Of a stretch of DNA of 64,000 nt, positions 60,718 to 64,000 are shown in pieces (position 1 is the first letter of the stretch; each line of letters begins with the position of its first letter). The DNA is taken from positions 1,052-65,051 of the forward strand of contig CAZRBI010000005.1 of assembly GCA_964598315.1 (NCBI GenBank), written 5' to 3'. The DNA comes from an uncultured Oscillospiraceae bacterium. GTDB lineage: Bacteria > Bacillota > Clostridia > Christensenellales > CAG-314. The notes beneath the pieces are model-generated. The model did not search any database. It had not been told where the DNA came from and saw only the letters and a list, made by a program, of their open reading frames with translations. A program made the position numbers and the translations under genes.

Positions 60718-62889
60718 ATGAAAAACAAACTTTTGTCGTTACTTTTGACAGTGGCTTTGATTTTCACGGTGTTTGGCATTGTTGCATGCCAACCTCAAGA
60801 TCAAGAAACTTGGCCCATCAATATTGCAAATTTCTGGTCAGGTAACGAAGACGAAGAAACCTACACCGTTCGCGCCGGCGAAGACGGCACAAGCGTTGTC
60901 ATTTCTTACGAGAAATCCGGCGAATGGCAATGGGTGAGACGCAGTTTGGCAACGGAAGAAGCCGAACAGCTTGCAAACGTGAAGACGTTGGTTTTGGAAG
61001 GGAAAATGACCACAAGTACTAACGATCCTCGCATCACTCTCAAAATAGAATATTCCGGCGATATCGCAGCAAAGGAAGTTCATTTCTACATGAGCGAAAC
61101 CGTTGCTACCTACGAATGGGATTTGACTGGCGCTCAACTTGACAAAGCAGTTCGTCTGTTGATCTTTGCGGAAGGTAGCCGCGTATCGGCGGAAGGCTCC
61201 ATCGAAATTTCTCGTTTCCAACTCACAAACGAAGAAATCAACGAAGCCAACGACGTTACAAAGCAAACTCCGCCCGTAGCAGAAACAAAAGTCAATCAAA
61301 TCACTGCAGAAAGTAAAACCGCCAATGCAGGTTGGTACGACAACGGCGACGGTGTCTACACAATTGCTCAAGACGGCACGGCTTACAACGTTTCCTACGA
61401 GAAAAAATCTTTCGGCTGGGCATTGTTCTATGCTTTGGTAAAAGGCGATGCACTTGCACAAATGAAGACTTTCTCCATCACTGTTCAAGGCACGGCAGGA
61501 CAAGTTCTTATCGTCAAACCGTTTGACAAGGTGGAAGCAAGATACACTTTGACGGGCGAAGAAGACCTCATTCAAGTCGACCTTACCACCGCTCAAGATG
61601 TGGATTACACGGCAGAACTGAAAATAATCATTTTTGCTCAACCCGACACGCAAGACGTTTCCGGTTCGTTCCAGATCCTCGGTGCGGAATTCTCAACAGA
61701 AGACGCAACCGTTACACCCGATCCTACTCCGTCGCAAACGGTATCTCCGATTGACAGCATTGCGTCCTCTTTGGTAAACGACGGCACAAGCAGTCGTTTC
61801 ACAATTGCCGGCAACAAACTCACCTACACAACCGCAGGTTGGGATACGGCAGTCGGCTACATAAACGTTGACGGCGTTTCCTCAATCGCAGTCACAGTGA
61901 AAGGCATCAGCGGCCACACGGCAATTCTTAAGATCGGTAGCATTGAACAAAAATTTGAAGCTTCCAGTGCCAACGGCGTTTTGAGCGGCGAAGAACAAAC
62001 GGTGATGTTCGACGTATCGGCATTGAACGGTGTTCAAGAATTCCGCGTATTCGCAGATTGGGATGCTTGGGCAGATATCGAAACTGTTACCGGCGAACTT
62101 ACGATAGTTTCCGTTCGTAACGTAGCTACAATCGAAAGCATTGCATCCTCTTTGGTAAATGCAAACGCGGCAGGACGTTTCACCATTGCCGGCAACAAAC
62201 TCACCTACACAACCGCAGGTTGGGATACCGCAGTCGGTTACATAAACGTTGACGGCGTTTCCACAATCGCAGTCACGGTGAAAGGCATCAGCGGCCACAC
62301 GGCAATCCTTAAGATCGGTGGCATTGAACAAAAATTCGAAGCTTCCAGTGCCAACGGCGTTTTGAGCGGTGAAGAACAAACGGTGACGTTCGACGTGGCG
62401 GCATTGAGCGGCCTCCAAGAATTCCGCGTATTTGCAGATTGGGACGCTTGGGCAGACATCTCAACGGTTACGGGCGAATTGACAATAGTTTCCGTTCGTA
62501 ATGTGGCTACAATCGAAAACGTTGCATCCTCTTTGGTAAATGCAAACGCGGCAGGACGTTTCACTATCGACGGCAGCAAATTGACCTACACAACTGCAGG
62601 TTGGGATACGGCAGTTTGCTACGTCAATCTTGACGGCATCAACACAATCACCGTCAAAGTTAAGGGCATCAACGGTCACACGGCTATCCTTAAGATCGGT
62701 GGCGTTGAACAAAAATTCGAAGCTTCCAGCGCCAACGGCGTTTTGAACGGCGAAGAACAAACGGTGACGTTTGACGTGTCGGCATTGAGCGGCATCCAAG
62801 AATTCCGTGTATTTGCAGATTGGGACGCTTGGGCAGACATAGAAACTGTTACCGGCGAACTTACGATTGTTTCCGTAGTTGCAGCATAG
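60718..62889 (+). CDS. Non-catalytic surface lipoprotein with two N-terminal beta-rich domains and three 127-aa Trp-containing repeats (putative glycan-binding)
   Basis: GGGAGG RBS; lipobox IVAC; PDPTP linker; repeats carrying TAGWDTA and ADWDAWAD. Confidence 0.75.
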   Translation: MKNKLLSLLLTVALIFTVFGIVACQPQDQETWPINIANFWSGNEDEETYTVRAGEDGTSVVISYEKSGEWQWVRRSLATEEAEQLANVKTLVLEGKMTTSTNDPRITLKIEYSGDIAAKEVHFYMSETVATYEWDLTGAQLDKAVRLLIFAEGSRVSAEGSIEISRFQLTNEEINEANDVTKQTPPVAETKVNQITAESKTANAGWYDNGDGVYTIAQDGTAYNVSYEKKSFGWALFYALVKGDALAQMKTFSITVQGTAGQVLIVKPFDKVEARYTLTGEEDLIQVDLTTAQDVDYTAELKIIIFAQPDTQDVSGSFQILGAEFSTEDATVTPDPTPSQTVSPIDSIASSLVNDGTSSRFTIAGNKLTYTTAGWDTAVGYINVDGVSSIAVTVKGISGHTAILKIGSIEQKFEASSANGVLSGEEQTVMFDVSALNGVQEFRVFADWDAWADIETVTGELTIVSVRNVATIESIASSLVNANAAGRFTIAGNKLTYTTAGWDTAVGYINVDGVSTIAVTVKGISGHTAILKIGGIEQKFEASSANGVLSGEEQTVTFDVAALSGLQEFRVFADWDAWADISTVTGELTIVSVRNVATIENVASSLVNANAAGRFTIDGSKLTYTTAGWDTAVCYVNLDGINTITVKVKGINGHTAILKIGGVEQKFEASSANGVLNGEEQTVTFDVSALSGIQEFRVFADWDAWADIETVTGELTIVSVVAA
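61750..62886 (+). repeat. Three tandem 381-bp intragenic repeats starting at 61750, 62131 and 62512
   Basis: Near-identical units IxSIASSLVN...GELTIVSV. Confidence 0.95.
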
Positions 62890-62926
62890 TTGTCACAAGG
62901 AACAATTGCATTTCACAACTAAAAAC

Positions 62927-62955
62927 AAATGCGGACGAAAATTCGTCCGCATTTT
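62927..62955 (+). terminator. Intrinsic terminator
   Basis: AAATGCGGACGAA-aa-TTCGTCCGCATTTT. Confidence 0.8.
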
Positions 62956-63225
62956 GCGTTTAGGGGTGACTTATACTTTTGTAAACAGGCAGGGCAAAGA
63001 AAACGGTTAACCATTCTCGGCAATTTGCAAACGGCAAAACAATGATATTTGCTTGTCGTTCCAAAGACGCCGACTTTGTTTGAAAAGTTGCACAAGCAGA
63101 TAACACAAAAAAGATTCGCAACGCATCGAGGTTGCGAATCTTTTTATTTGGCCAATAAATCTGAAAATGATATTTTGATGCTTACTTCGACACGTTGTTT
63201 GAACACCGCAATGGTGACGAGGCAT

Positions 63226-64000
63226 TTATTCCGCTTCTTCGGAATTGATGCTTTGTGGAGATTTTTCCTGTTTTCTGCGTTTAAAATTCATGTCTTCGGG
63301 CAACAACCAACTCAACACGAAAGCAATTGCAAACATATTCAGCACGTTATTGGAAAGCAAATCCGCAACTGTTCCCAAACCGCTGTTGCGCAAAAATGCA
63401 AAGAAGTTGTCTGCCAAAGTGATTCCGAATCCCAAACACACGGAAACGGAAAGTATAAGTGTGTTTTTGTCGGTGAAACCTGCTTCGCTGCACATTTTCA
63501 TTCCGACAACAACTATCGACCCGAACAAGATGATTATCGTTCCGCCGAAAACGCAATCGGGAATGGTGCAAAGGAAGTTGCCGATAACGGGGAAACACGA
63601 TGCGACAATCAAAAACAAAGCACCAATGAATATCGTAAATCTGTTCACAACCTTTGTTTGAGCAACAATGCCCACGTTTTGCGCAAACGTTGTCAACGGA
63701 AGCGTGCCGAAGAAGGAACACAAGAAAGAATTGAAGCCGTCAGTGACCAGCACGCCGGTGATTTCGCGGTTTGTGGGATTTCGTCCGAGTCCGCTTGCAC
63801 AAAGCGCGTTGGTGTCGCCTATGCCTTCCACAACGGCCATCAAAAAGCACACCGTCGTCAAAACTATCGGAACAACTTCAAATCGCAAATCGGAAACGTC
63901 TATAACGTGCGGATAGGAAATCACGTCTTGCACGCCTTCGACGGTAAGACCGGAAAAATCTATCATTCCGGGTATGCACAGACACACGATGTAGCCGACG
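63226..64000 (-). CDS. NCS2 (xanthine/uracil) permease, 5' end outside the window
   Basis: VEGIGD, TTFAQNVGIV..T..VNR NAT signature, IPDCVFGG. Confidence 0.88.
   Translation of the reverse strand, partial: VGYIVCLCIPGMIDFSGLTVEGVQDVISYPHVIDVSDLRFEVVPIVLTTVCFLMAVVEGIGDTNALCASGLGRNPTNREITGVLVTDGFNSFLCSFFGTLPLTTFAQNVGIVAQTKVVNRFTIFIGALFLIVASCFPVIGNFLCTIPDCVFGGTIIILFGSIVVVGMKMCSEAGFTDKNTLILSVSVCLGFGITLADNFFAFLRNSGLGTVADLLSNNVLNMFAIAFVLSWLLPEDMNFKRRKQEKSPQSINSEEAE

Noticed and set aside
61750-62886. Repeats as a CRISPR array or DGR template/variable pair
   Set aside because: They are in-frame 381-bp coding repeats with no spacers, no adenine-specific pattern, and no cas or reverse transcriptase gene in the window.

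Overview
A 64-kb bacterial chromosome window, almost all on the + strand. Gene content, SigA-type promoters and lipoproteins suggest a gut Clostridia-like Firmicute; that placement is inferred. From left to right: (1) a tightly coupled operon of about 14 lipid genes (35-14315) with an adenylation-ACP fusion, two PlsC-type acyltransferases, a second acyl ligase, a free ACP, an unusual LRAT/NlpC-P60 acyltransferase fused to an Sfp-type phosphopantetheinyl transferase, three membrane-anchored alpha/beta hydrolases (one with a Cys nucleophile), FakB/FakA, a MelB-type MFS transporter and a polysaccharide deacetylase; (2) a shikimate operon lacking dehydroquinase; (3) trkAH; (4) a VTC plus DUF4956 pair; (5) a 1132-aa lipoprotein with a recently duplicated acidic domain and an M6 metalloprotease domain; (6) a BspA-like LRR lipoprotein with a G9 tract in its -35/-10 spacer, suggesting phase variation; (7) asnS and an archaeal-type aspS; (8) an atypical acyltransferase, a probably leaderless tetR, feoA-feoA-feoB with a small Cys-rich gene, and dxs; (9) a 22-kb LacI-associated glycan utilisation locus with a GH94 phosphorylase, two solute-binding proteins, four permeases, NHL-TPR-Yip1 and DUF5696-like accessory proteins, two GH144-like enzymes, an ATPase and a lipoprotein with repeated Trp-rich modules, probably for beta-1,2-glucan; (10) a truncated NCS2 permease. 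No rRNA, tRNA, CRISPR array or transposase was seen. The best candidates for undescribed systems are the lipid salvage/acylation operon with its LRAT-PPTase fusion and the glucan locus with its putative new binding module. All family calls come from reading motifs by eye; no database searches were run.
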